Source: a virus (taxonomy: Duplodnaviria; Caudoviricetes). From it: a stretch of 64,000 bases of DNA. The stretch lies in the IMG/VR virus record IMGVR_UViG_3300008267_000039, positions 61 through 64,060 of that record; one strand, 5' to 3'. The number at the start of each line of letters is the position of its first letter. Within the stretch, counting starts at the first letter, position 1. Below the pieces are notes generated by a model. That model was not told where the DNA came from. It worked only from the letters and a program-made list of their open reading frames with translations, and made no database searches. A program made the position numbers and the translations under genes. Of the stretch, positions 1-7,270 are shown in pieces.

Positions 1-67
1 CAGAACTGGTTATTCTGCAACCCTTCTAATGCTTTAGTGGTTTTTAGCACTAGAGGGGAATCCAAAT

Positions 68-108
68 CCCCTAAAGAGTTCTGTGGTGGTTCTCTTTAGG
101 GGGTTTTT
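68..108 (+). terminator. Rho-independent terminator-like hairpin
   Basis: CCCCTAAAGAG (68-78) pairs with CTCTTTAGGGG (92-102), followed by TTTTT. Confidence 0.6.
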
Positions 109-277
109 GTTTTTAAATTCCATTTGCAATGTGTAGCGGAATATGCGATAGACTGCAAATGTTTTTTCCCCACCCCATTCATATTGGAAATACAAACAAA
201 AACAAATCAATTCAAATATAATTGAGGAGTTCAGAATATACGCATTATTACAAACTCTGGATATTCTGCATATTCTG

Positions 278-343
278 GGCGTATAATTATAAGATGGGGA
301 GTCTAGGCGTATAGTATTATGTTATGGGTATTGTAGGCGTATA
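278..343 (+). repeat. Three spaced GGCGTATA direct repeats
   Basis: Copies at 278-285, 306-313 and 336-343; another TAGGCGTATA at 7342-7351. Confidence 0.6.
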
Positions 344-364
344 TTAAAAAAGTTTATTTTTTTC

Positions 365-394
365 TTGACAGGAATATGATTTTTGTGGTAAAAT
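365..394 (+). promoter_or_regulatory. sigma70-like promoter
   Basis: TTGACA-N18-TAAAAT with extended TG and a T-rich upstream tract. Confidence 0.6.
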
Positions 395-487
395 GATCCA
401 AAGGGTCTTTGCATAAAATTAAATCTGGGCAGGCTCCGTCCCCCTTCGCTTGGTTTTCGCGTTGACCCCTTCCTTTATTCTGGAAAT

Positions 488-516
488 ATCATAGCAGAAG
501 GGTATCCACATGGCAA
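488..516 (-). promoter_or_regulatory. sigma70-like early promoter on the minus strand
   Basis: TTGCCA-N17-TATGAT, preceded by ATTGATTTTTTTTC like the other early promoters. Confidence 0.65.
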
Positions 517-710
517 GAAAAAAAATCAATTAAAACAAAAAAAATTGATGTCTCTAAAATCGCTTAAAAATCGTTTGATTTATTTTTTAGGGGTAAGGGT
601 GCGGAAAAGGGGTAAAACGATTCTAGGGGCATTTTAGAGCAAACAAAAAGGAATTGGTTTTTTGTGGTATTTAAAAATGGATTGTTTTTTTAATGTGTGG
701 AAGATTGTTC

Positions 711-739
711 TTGCAATGTGGGGGGATTTCTGGTTCAAT
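711..739 (+). promoter_or_regulatory. Early promoter
   Basis: TTGCAA-N17-TTCAAT, with ATG 6 nt downstream. Confidence 0.5.
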
Positions 740-745
740 TGGGGC

Positions 746-970
746 ATGATTCAAACCACATTGCAGGAAATAAAAAAAGCATTTGATTCGGGTTTCAATG
801 TCATTGCATCAATCAAATTGAATAGACTGGAACAGACCAAAAAAGTTACAGGTCTTGAGTTTAATTCCTCTGGTTTCAAATTCAATCTGGAGAATGGATA
901 TTGCATCTTTGCGGCGGAAAGATGTTTTAACTACTACAAAGGGAATGATTTTTATCTCATTGAAAAATAA
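746..970 (+). CDS. Small early hypothetical protein (74 aa, MIQTTLQEIK...)
   Basis: Start reassigned to the ATG just after the promoter. Confidence 0.6.
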   Translation: MIQTTLQEIKKAFDSGFNVIASIKLNRLEQTKKVTGLEFNSSGFKFNLENGYCIFAAERCFNYYKGNDFYLIEK

Positions 971-1011
971 ATTGATTTTTTCCTTGCAATGTGTGGGGAT
1001 TTCCCTATGAT
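963..1011 (+). promoter_or_regulatory. Early promoter with conserved upstream motif
   Basis: AAAAATAAATTGATTTTTTCC, then TTGCAA-N16-TATGAT. Confidence 0.7.
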
Positions 1012-1038
1012 TCAAACCCTCAAACCAAACCACCACCT

Positions 1039-1191
1039 ATGACCATTGCACAACTCATAAACCATCTGAACACTATCGAGAACAAGGACAAGGAAATCCT
1101 ATTCACCGATATTGCAACCAATTACAAATACAAAATATTCACGATTGATAAAAAGAATGGGGACATCATCATCGAAGATACAGAGGAGTAA
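1039..1191 (+). CDS. Small early hypothetical protein (50 aa, MTIAQLINHL...)
   Basis: ATG follows an A/C-rich leader; MTxxQLIxxL-type N-terminus is common in small phage proteins. Confidence 0.65.
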   Translation: MTIAQLINHLNTIENKDKEILFTDIATNYKYKIFTIDKKNGDIIIEDTEE

Positions 1192-1195
1192 ACAC

Positions 1196-1336
1196 ATGAA
1201 TGGTAAATTGATATTCAAAAACCTGCATGATCTTGCAGAGTTCATTGCACACTTGGAATACCAAAAGGTTCAGTCCAAGTGGATTGTTACAAGGCATCAG
1301 TATACCCAATGTTGGGAACTATGCTTTGAAGAATAA
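1196..1336 (+). CDS. Small early hypothetical protein (46 aa, MNGKLIFKNL...)
   Basis: ATG 4 nt after the previous stop. Confidence 0.55.
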   Translation: MNGKLIFKNLHDLAEFIAHLEYQKVQSKWIVTRHQYTQCWELCFEE

Positions 1337-1350
1337 ATTGAAAAAAAAGC

Positions 1351-1379
1351 TTGCAAGGTTCCATCCTTTCTGGCATAAT
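1351..1379 (+). promoter_or_regulatory. Early promoter
   Basis: TTGCAA-N17-CATAAT. Confidence 0.65.
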
Positions 1380-1440
1380 AGCTCCCATGATTAAGGAATG
1401 GTTCCTTACTCATAACAAACCAAATCAAAAATAGACAAAT

Positions 1441-1977
1441 ATGATTAAGATCAATGCAATAGATAAACTCCGCGATGCCACTAACAATGGTTGCCGCTTC
1501 ATGTCGTTCCTTTACACCTCCAAGGGAACTGGCGAAACCAGCAAATACCAAATCAATTTTGGAATTGATTACCATGCCGCCTGTGCAGAGGACAAGGTAG
1601 CCTTGGAATCCTACACCCCACAGGATGAACTGGAACAGACCGCAAAGGAAGAGATGCTCCAATCCTTAACCGAAACCCTCACCCTTGGGGTTTCATCCTC
1701 TTATACCAATGCTGACAAATTTGTTCCAATCGGAAAAGGAATGCGTCAGCACATCGAGACAAACGAACTCTATGTGTGGGGATTCGTGGAGAATAAACAG
1801 CAGGTTGCACCTCCTACCAATCCCAAGAAGGAAGTGAAATCCCGCCCACTCACTCTTGCAAAACGCTCGATTGAAAAGGCTTGCAATTTCAAACGCCTCA
1901 AGTTTGGGCAGTTCATTCTCAATCCCACAAACATTGCAGGAATTGCAACCTGTGGGGATCATGTTGAAATTCAATAG
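1441..1977 (+). CDS. Early hypothetical protein (178 aa)
   Basis: Long ORF between a promoter and a terminator. Confidence 0.8.
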   Translation: MIKINAIDKLRDATNNGCRFMSFLYTSKGTGETSKYQINFGIDYHAACAEDKVALESYTPQDELEQTAKEEMLQSLTETLTLGVSSSYTNADKFVPIGKGMRQHIETNELYVWGFVENKQQVAPPTNPKKEVKSRPLTLAKRSIEKACNFKRLKFGQFILNPTNIAGIATCGDHVEIQ

Positions 1978-1988
1978 GTAGTGGTTAT

Positions 1989-2022
1989 GGGGCAATGGGG
2001 GTAACACCTCATTGCTCCTTTT
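1989..2022 (+). terminator. Rho-independent terminator
   Basis: GGGGCAATGGGG / CCTCATTGCTCC stem followed by TTTT. Confidence 0.7.
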
Positions 2023-2151
2023 CCCATTTTCCCCTACTCTTGGGGGGAATGAAAACCATGAGAATCGCACTACATCTAGCCTGTCTTTTTAGGAATCCCA
2101 AATGCTGGAGGTTTTATATCTCTGGTATTTTGAGGGAGTTATTCTAAAGAC

Positions 2152-2202
2152 AAAAAATAAATTCATTTTTTCCTTGCAATCTTCGGGGAGATTCTTTAGT
2201 AT
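2152..2202 (+). promoter_or_regulatory. Early promoter with conserved upstream motif
   Basis: AAAAAATAAATTCATTTTTTCC, then TTGCAA-N17-TAGTAT. Confidence 0.7.
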
Positions 2203-2212
2203 GTTTCCCGTT

Positions 2213-2458
2213 ATGAGCAATACCACCACCATCTGCGCCTCCAAAATCAAATGGAACAAAGGACATGGAACCACCAATGCAACTGATCTGTTTGGTTCTT
2301 GGAAAGCACCCCATGAGATCAAAGTCAAGTCACCATTAACTGGAAAAATCAAAACCTTCTCCCTCGATCCAGAGGAAGCAATGAGTGCAGAATATTGGGA
2401 TGGGGAATTTGTTATCCTTCGTTCTGGTAAACTCTCAATCGCAATCTGGAATTACTAA
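2213..2458 (+). CDS. Small early hypothetical protein (81 aa, MSNTTTICAS...)
   Basis: First ATG after the promoter -10 element. Confidence 0.65.
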   Translation: MSNTTTICASKIKWNKGHGTTNATDLFGSWKAPHEIKVKSPLTGKIKTFSLDPEEAMSAEYWDGEFVILRSGKLSIAIWNY

Positions 2459-2462
2459 AATG

Positions 2463-2512
2463 AAAAATAGATTCATTTTTTCCTTGCCAAGTAAACCACC
2501 ATCTGCAATAAT
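2463..2512 (+). promoter_or_regulatory. Early promoter with conserved upstream motif
   Basis: AAAAATAGATTCATTTTTTCC, then TTGCCA-N17-AATAAT; ATG 7 nt downstream. Confidence 0.7.
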
Positions 2513-2519
2513 ACCACCC

Positions 2520-2675
2520 ATGAAACTAAAAAGCCACCAAGTCACCAAGGCAATCGTTCGACTCTATGAGAAAGAAATCTCTGCACTCAAGATGGAGATT
2601 CGGATTCTCAAACTACGAGATGAACATGGTCTTTTACCCTTCTATCAAACCGCACTAGAAACAATCAAAAAATAA
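2520..2675 (+). CDS. Small early hypothetical protein (51 aa, coiled-coil-like)
   Basis: MKLKSHQVTK...; probable leaderless start. Confidence 0.6.
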   Translation: MKLKSHQVTKAIVRLYEKEISALKMEIRILKLRDEHGLLPFYQTALETIKK

Positions 2676-2680
2676 CTCCA

Positions 2681-3265
2681 ATGATCAATCCAACCACCAT
2701 CACCAACTACGACCGCAACCAAAGGGAACTGGAAGAATTTCTTATGTTCGCCATTATGGTTGCAGGAAAATCCGCCAAGCAAACCGCACAAAAATTGAAT
2801 CTGTTTTTATCCAAAAGGGAAAACAATGAATCCCCCCTTGAATATGTAGATGCTCTACTACATGAGGAATTAGGTATCAATCTCGAACAGGCAATGCGAA
2901 ATGTCCGCCTTGGGCAATATGGCAGACTCAAAAAAGCATTTGCTGGTATTCTCCAATTCCAAGGTCATCTGCATGAAGTCTCTGTGGAGGATTTGGAAAG
3001 CATTTATGGTATCTCTAGTAAAACATCGAGGTTTTTCCTCTTGCATTCAAGGCCCGATCAAAGATTGGCAGTATTGGATACCCATTTGCTTGCCCACATG
3101 AGAGAAGATTTGGGAATGGATGTTCCAAAATCAACCCCAAATAAAAACAAATACAAGGTATTGGAACAAAAACTTTTGAAGGTTATAGATGAAAGTGGAA
3201 AGACCTTTGCGGAATATGATTTAGATGTTTGGAAATCTAGATCACAAAAACTTAGCACCCTTTGA
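2681..3265 (+). CDS. HhH-family DNA glycosylase/lyase-like protein (Ogg2-like)
   Basis: LESIYGISSKTSRFFL helix-hairpin-helix with catalytic-position Lys, then AVLDTH with catalytic-position Asp. Confidence 0.7.
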   Translation: MINPTTITNYDRNQRELEEFLMFAIMVAGKSAKQTAQKLNLFLSKRENNESPLEYVDALLHEELGINLEQAMRNVRLGQYGRLKKAFAGILQFQGHLHEVSVEDLESIYGISSKTSRFFLLHSRPDQRLAVLDTHLLAHMREDLGMDVPKSTPNKNKYKVLEQKLLKVIDESGKTFAEYDLDVWKSRSQKLSTL

Positions 3266-3919
3266 GCAATTTTCAGATGCCCATAATGGTTGTAAATTAG
3301 TGTAATGGAAACATTTTTCAATTTCAGTAATATTTGAAAAATCAAATAATGCACAAGGCTTTATATGGTCAATGTGCCATTCACCATAATTATCCCAACT
3401 CATTCCCTTTTTAAATTTTAATTCTAAATACTTTTTAAGTGTAATCATATCACATCCAAGCATTTTTAATGTTTTTGGTTTAATATTAAAGGAATTAATT
3501 GATTTTAAACACCTCCAAAGTCTTTTCGATAAATTTCTCCTCATTCGATATGCTACATCATGTTTTCTTTTATTGTGATAATTAATTCTTTTCTTTCTAG
3601 TGTATTCGATTCGTTGATTAGCCTTTTCCTTTAATTTATCCTTATTTTCCAATCTGTATTTTTTATTATATTCTTTCATGTATGATTTTTTATCCCATTT
3701 TAAATCATCTGAAACTCTTTTATTATCGGCTTGACATTTCCTGCAACCATGACCCATAAGATGACTATTCGCCTCCTGCGCAAACTCTCCATGTTTTTTA
3801 CAAATTATAGTAACTTTGTTTTTAGATAATGTGTAATTCGTTTTTGAGTAATCATATTTTTCACCATGACATATAATGGCATCTTTAATAAAATCTTCTG
3901 TATATTTTTTTAAACTCAT
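3242..3919 (-). CDS. HNH endonuclease, probable free-standing homing endonuclease
   Basis: N-terminal HGEKYDYS...IICKKHGEF...HLMGHGCRKC zinc module; C-terminal MSWDNYGEWHIDHIKP...HYTNLQPLWASEN HNH; start set by TATAAATA at 3925-3932. Confidence 0.85.
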   Translation of the reverse strand: MSLKKYTEDFIKDAIICHGEKYDYSKTNYTLSKNKVTIICKKHGEFAQEANSHLMGHGCRKCQADNKRVSDDLKWDKKSYMKEYNKKYRLENKDKLKEKANQRIEYTRKKRINYHNKRKHDVAYRMRRNLSKRLWRCLKSINSFNIKPKTLKMLGCDMITLKKYLELKFKKGMSWDNYGEWHIDHIKPCALFDFSNITEIEKCFHYTNLQPLWASENCSKGAKFL

Positions 3920-3924
3920 ATAAT

Positions 3925-3932
3925 TATTTATA
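3925..3932 (-). promoter_or_regulatory. T4-type late promoter
   Basis: TATAAATA 5 nt before the HNH ATG. Confidence 0.7.
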
Positions 3933-3987
3933 CAAAGAACCGAAAACTCTTTGTTTCTTTTTTCAACAATATTCTCAAAAATAAATC

Positions 3988-4016
3988 TCGACATTTCAAT
4001 TCAATTAGAATACCAT
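3988..4016 (+). promoter_or_regulatory. Early promoter
   Basis: TCGACA-N17-TACCAT. Confidence 0.6.
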
Positions 4017-4065
4017 CCTTTCAAGATTGGAATGGTTCCAATCTGAAAAACCACCAACAAACCAA

Positions 4066-4224
4066 ATGAAAAAACTACTTAACTTCTTGTTTCCAATCAA
4101 GAAACGCACAACCTCGCTTCTTGCATTGTCGATTGAATCCTTCACCAATGAAACCCATCTTGAACAGATTTTCCGCCAAGGGAGAATCCATGAGTATTCC
4201 TACAAAGCAAGGTATCAAAAATGA
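4066..4224 (+). CDS. Small early hypothetical protein (52 aa, MKKLLNFLFP...)
   Basis: ATG after an A/C-rich leader. Confidence 0.55.
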   Translation: MKKLLNFLFPIKKRTTSLLALSIESFTNETHLEQIFRQGRIHEYSYKARYQK

Positions 4225-4331
4225 AAACCATTGAATCCATTTTCCTTCCCATTGTCTCATGTGCTTTTCTCTATTCCATGTTCTCTCTGGTCTTGGAACT
4301 AGGGAAATATATTGAGCATAATGGATTATAA
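4221..4331 (+). CDS. Small membrane peptide (36 aa, MKTIESIFLPIVSCAFLYSMFSLVLELGKYIEHNGL)
   Basis: ATGA overlap with the previous gene; one hydrophobic stretch; absent from the ORF track. Confidence 0.5.
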   Translation: MKTIESIFLPIVSCAFLYSMFSLVLELGKYIEHNGL

Positions 4332-4339
4332 AAAAGATG

Positions 4340-4389
4340 AAAAATAAATTCATTTTTTTCTTGTAAAGAATATGATTCCAGACTACACT
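4340..4389 (+). promoter_or_regulatory. Early promoter with conserved upstream motif
   Basis: AAAAATAAATTCATTTTTTTC, then TTGTAA-N17-TACACT. Confidence 0.6.
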
Positions 4390-4446
4390 TCTTCTCAACG
4401 ATTGATTAACCACCAATCGCAATCAACCAAACCAAAAACCACCACC

Positions 4447-5256
4447 ATGTCCAAACTATATACCAAGAACCTAGCATCATTTGTCAGCAAAAGAATCAGC
4501 AGAGTAAAAGTTGCCAATGGCATCAAAGAAACAATGAAAGAAGGTAGTGTTATTCACTATCTTGGAGGAACATCCACGCAAACCCCATTCGAGAATAAGT
4601 TCAAGAATAAGGGTGCAACCTTCGTTCGATACGAGAGAATGAAGGCTATTGCCCCAAGTGGATACAACCAAGTCACATTCGACAAGCAAGGCAATGCCCA
4701 CATTCCAGAGAAAGGTGAGAAGGGATACTTTGTGAATGATGATTTTTTCAATTCATTCTTTGAGATCAACAGCAAGGTTACAGGAAACGAAACCCATCTG
4801 TGGCTTGATTTCTGTGGAATGCCCAAAACTGATTTGCTTGAAATGCTTTACTACACATTCCTCCATGAGGATGCTGTGAATTTCAAAAGCCTCTACCTCA
4901 CATTCTTCTTGAAGACAAGGAATTGTGAAGATGTGAAGAAGAATCTATATTGCAATGGGGAAAAAACAATCGAAGAAAAATCCAATACCCTTTTGAATAA
5001 GTTCAAAAGCATGGCAGGAGAGAATGTCGATTGCGAAATTTTTGACAACTACATGAATGGCAAAAGCCCCATGTGTGTAATCAAATTAGAAAGGAGAGAA
5101 GAAATAGAAGATATGGCTAAAACAGCATCAGTTGAAAACTATGTGAAATTGCACAAACGCGGATTCAGCAACAAACAAATTGCAATTTTCTGGAAGGCAG
5201 GAACCATGCAGATTGCAGGTTATGCCGCCAATGCAAAGCGCAAGAAAATGGTTTAA
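4447..5256 (+). CDS. Early protein, possible SAM-methyltransferase-like fold with C-terminal HTH-like tail
   Basis: HLWLDFCG motif; C-terminal SNKQIAIFWKAGTMQIAGY; start set at MSKLY after an A/C-rich leader; function tentative. Confidence 0.5.
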   Translation: MSKLYTKNLASFVSKRISRVKVANGIKETMKEGSVIHYLGGTSTQTPFENKFKNKGATFVRYERMKAIAPSGYNQVTFDKQGNAHIPEKGEKGYFVNDDFFNSFFEINSKVTGNETHLWLDFCGMPKTDLLEMLYYTFLHEDAVNFKSLYLTFFLKTRNCEDVKKNLYCNGEKTIEEKSNTLLNKFKSMAGENVDCEIFDNYMNGKSPMCVIKLERREEIEDMAKTASVENYVKLHKRGFSNKQIAIFWKAGTMQIAGYAANAKRKKMV

Positions 5257-5280
5257 TAGGATTTCCCCCTAAATCCCCCA

Positions 5281-5313
5281 ACCCCACTCTTGGAAACGAG
5301 GGTGGGGTTTTTT
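5281..5313 (+). terminator. Rho-independent terminator
   Basis: ACCCCACTCTTG-GAAA-CGAGGGTGGGGT followed by TTTTT. Confidence 0.8.
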
Positions 5314-5317
5314 GCAT

Positions 5318-5368
5318 TAAAAATAGATTCATTTTTTTCTCGACACTCTCCACTCCTCTTGCTATGAT
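5318..5368 (+). promoter_or_regulatory. Early promoter with conserved upstream motif and no downstream ORF
   Basis: AAAAATAGATTCATTTTTTTC, then TCGACA-N17-TATGAT. Confidence 0.7.
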
Positions 5369-5373
5369 ACATC

Positions 5374-5462
5374 CACAATAAAGCAAAGGGTGAGCCTCGA
5401 ACCAAAAGACAGGGCGAACAGGATTGAAACTCCGAGGGTAGGGTCTCCAACCCTGCCCAAAT
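5374..5462 (+). ncRNA. Candidate small non-coding RNA
   Basis: Follows a promoter with no ORF; hairpin GGGTAGGGT/ACCCTGCCC; 5' part resembles the minus-strand unit at ~420-495. Confidence 0.35.
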
Positions 5463-5480
5463 AAAAAAATAAAGGGGCGA

Positions 5481-5510
5481 ATTGTATCATATTCCCTTGT
5501 GGGTTGTCAA
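5481..5510 (-). promoter_or_regulatory. Convergent sigma70-like promoter
   Basis: TTGACA-N18-TACAAT with extended TG. Confidence 0.55.
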
Positions 5511-5534
5511 GCACCAAATGAAGAAAAATAGATA

Positions 5535-5584
5535 AAAAATAAATTCATTTTTTTCTCGACATTTTCCAATCCATTCTTTATAGT
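5535..5584 (+). promoter_or_regulatory. Early promoter with conserved upstream motif
   Basis: AAAAATAAATTCATTTTTTTC, then TCGACA-N17-TATAGT; ATG 7 nt downstream. Confidence 0.7.
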
Positions 5585-5591
5585 CTTTCCC

Positions 5592-5720
5592 ATGATTACT
5601 ACTACCAATGACAGCGAGATCAACTCCCTCTCTCAACTCTCCACAGAGGAACTGGAAGGATACGATACCTTCCTCTCTCTTTTAGATACCACAGAGTATC
5701 AAGGCGGATTCTCCGAATAA
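5592..5720 (+). CDS. 42-aa acidic early peptide
   Basis: MITTTNDSEINSLSQLSTEELEGYDTFLSLLDTTEYQGGFSE; own promoter; absent from the ORF track. Confidence 0.6.
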   Translation: MITTTNDSEINSLSQLSTEELEGYDTFLSLLDTTEYQGGFSE

Positions 5721-5838
5721 AAAAATAAATTGAAAAAAGATTTGCTAATTTCCAAATAGAATATAATATCAATTTCAAGGTTGGAACAACTCCAATCTGA
5801 AAAACCCAAACCAAACCTAAAATAGAAAAACCAAATAT

Positions 5839-6906
5839 ATGGCACACGGACTCCAACTCCCAATCGACAAAGTATACAGCACATCCGAATACGGATATTC
5901 ATGGCATCAACTTGATACCATTGTTGACAAACCCTCCATTGATATCGAGGACATTAAAGAGATTCTTCCTCCGATCATCGAGGTTCAAGCGGCTGCAAAA
6001 CTCTCTGATGGAACATATAAGGATATCGAAGGACGCAAAATCCTCCTTGCTGATTATTCTGCTGTAAGGGATAATACAGACAACATGGAGGCACTTGTTC
6101 CTCTCCACATTCCAAAGAACTCTTACGGAGTTATTTCAAATCAACAATGGTTTGAATGCTTGCAAAAATCCATTGCTGGAACAGATTGCAAGATCACTAG
6201 TGCAATGACAATCCATGGTGGATTGAAATTCATTGCCTCTGCAAAGGTTGGAGACAATGTGCTGGAATTGAAACGAGCCAATGGTTCCACGGATAAAATC
6301 CTCATGAATCTTATCTTTGCAACTTCACATGATGGCACAATGTCTGGAATTGCATATGATTCTGGAGTGCGCCCAATCTGCCAGAATACATTCAATGCCA
6401 GCATTATGAGCAAAGGAGATATCAACTTGAAGGTTAGGCACACTAAAAATTCTGATGTTGCAATTGAAAACCTTCCTGCGGTCTTGAATGCAATCCTCAC
6501 AAATCGTGTGCAATTGAAAGAGGTCTTGGAATATCTCGACTCCTGCAAGGTGGATCAGAATGATGCACTCGCAATGTGTGCTGGTTATTTCCTTCTTGAT
6601 CAAGAGGAAAAGAAACTATCGACCCGTAGTCTCAACGCCGCCACAGAGATTGTCACTCTCTTCTCTCGTGGAGCAGGAAACAATGGGGAGACCTTGTATG
6701 ACTTGTGGAATGGTGCAACTGATTACTGGACTAATGGTGAGGGAACTGGTAAGAAAGTTGACTCAACCACAAAGCGTTACAAAGCCGCATTCGGTTTTGC
6801 CGCCGATCACAAGCAAAGGTTCTTAGACCTCCTTGCTGATTCGGATCGTCTCAATGATGCAAAAGAGATTGGGCGTGAAGCATTAGCCGAAGCACTCGCA
6901 AGCTAA
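5839..6906 (+). CDS. DUF932 / TIGR03299-like phage-plasmid protein
   Basis: MAH...WHQL N-terminus, TSHDG, RPICQNT, VRHT and TLYDLWNGATDY motifs. Confidence 0.85.
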   Translation: MAHGLQLPIDKVYSTSEYGYSWHQLDTIVDKPSIDIEDIKEILPPIIEVQAAAKLSDGTYKDIEGRKILLADYSAVRDNTDNMEALVPLHIPKNSYGVISNQQWFECLQKSIAGTDCKITSAMTIHGGLKFIASAKVGDNVLELKRANGSTDKILMNLIFATSHDGTMSGIAYDSGVRPICQNTFNASIMSKGDINLKVRHTKNSDVAIENLPAVLNAILTNRVQLKEVLEYLDSCKVDQNDALAMCAGYFLLDQEEKKLSTRSLNAATEIVTLFSRGAGNNGETLYDLWNGATDYWTNGEGTGKKVDSTTKRYKAAFGFAADHKQRFLDLLADSDRLNDAKEIGREALAEALAS

Positions 6907-6927
6907 CAGCAGGGACAGGATAGAATA

Positions 6928-6965
6928 GAAAAGGGGAGGGTATAAAAGCCCTCCCCTTTTCTTTT
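6928..6965. terminator. Bidirectional terminator ending the early region
   Basis: AAAAGGGGAGGG / CCCTCCCCTTTT stem. Confidence 0.8.
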
Positions 6966-7148
6966 GCATTAGAATGGCATAGGATTCTTTGGGGTATCAT
7001 TCCGCACCTCTGCTATTCCCCGCCAATCAAAATCAATTCTGGATCGTTTATGAGAGAAAGAAAAGGGTAATAAAATAGATTCGTTTTTCTATTATGAGTG
7101 TGGGGTATCTGATGTTCTTGCCTATCTGATGTAAAGACTATTGGGAAC

Positions 7149-7270
7149 TTGGCATGGTATCTGAATAGTTCCCCATGTGTGGGGAGCCTCCCGATATGGG
7201 GAACCCTCCCAATATGGCACGGGTTGTGCTATTGGGGAGTTGTGCAGGTTGGCACGATATGTGCTATTGG
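7149..7270 (+). repeat. Tandem TGGCA(C/T)G-N4-(G/C)TG repeats, sigma54 -24/-12-like
   Basis: TTGGCATGGTATCTGAA (7149), TGGCACGGGTTGTGCTATTGG (7215), TTGGCACGATATGTGCTATTGG (7249). Confidence 0.55.

Noticed and set aside
5374-5462. tRNA or hammerhead ribozyme
   Set aside because: No cloverleaf, TTC T-loop or CTGANGA core visible.
960-5590. Repeated AAAAATARATTCATTTTTT as a CRISPR array
   Set aside because: Spacing is irregular (hundreds to >1000 nt), the intervals are genes, and each copy precedes -35/-10 boxes.
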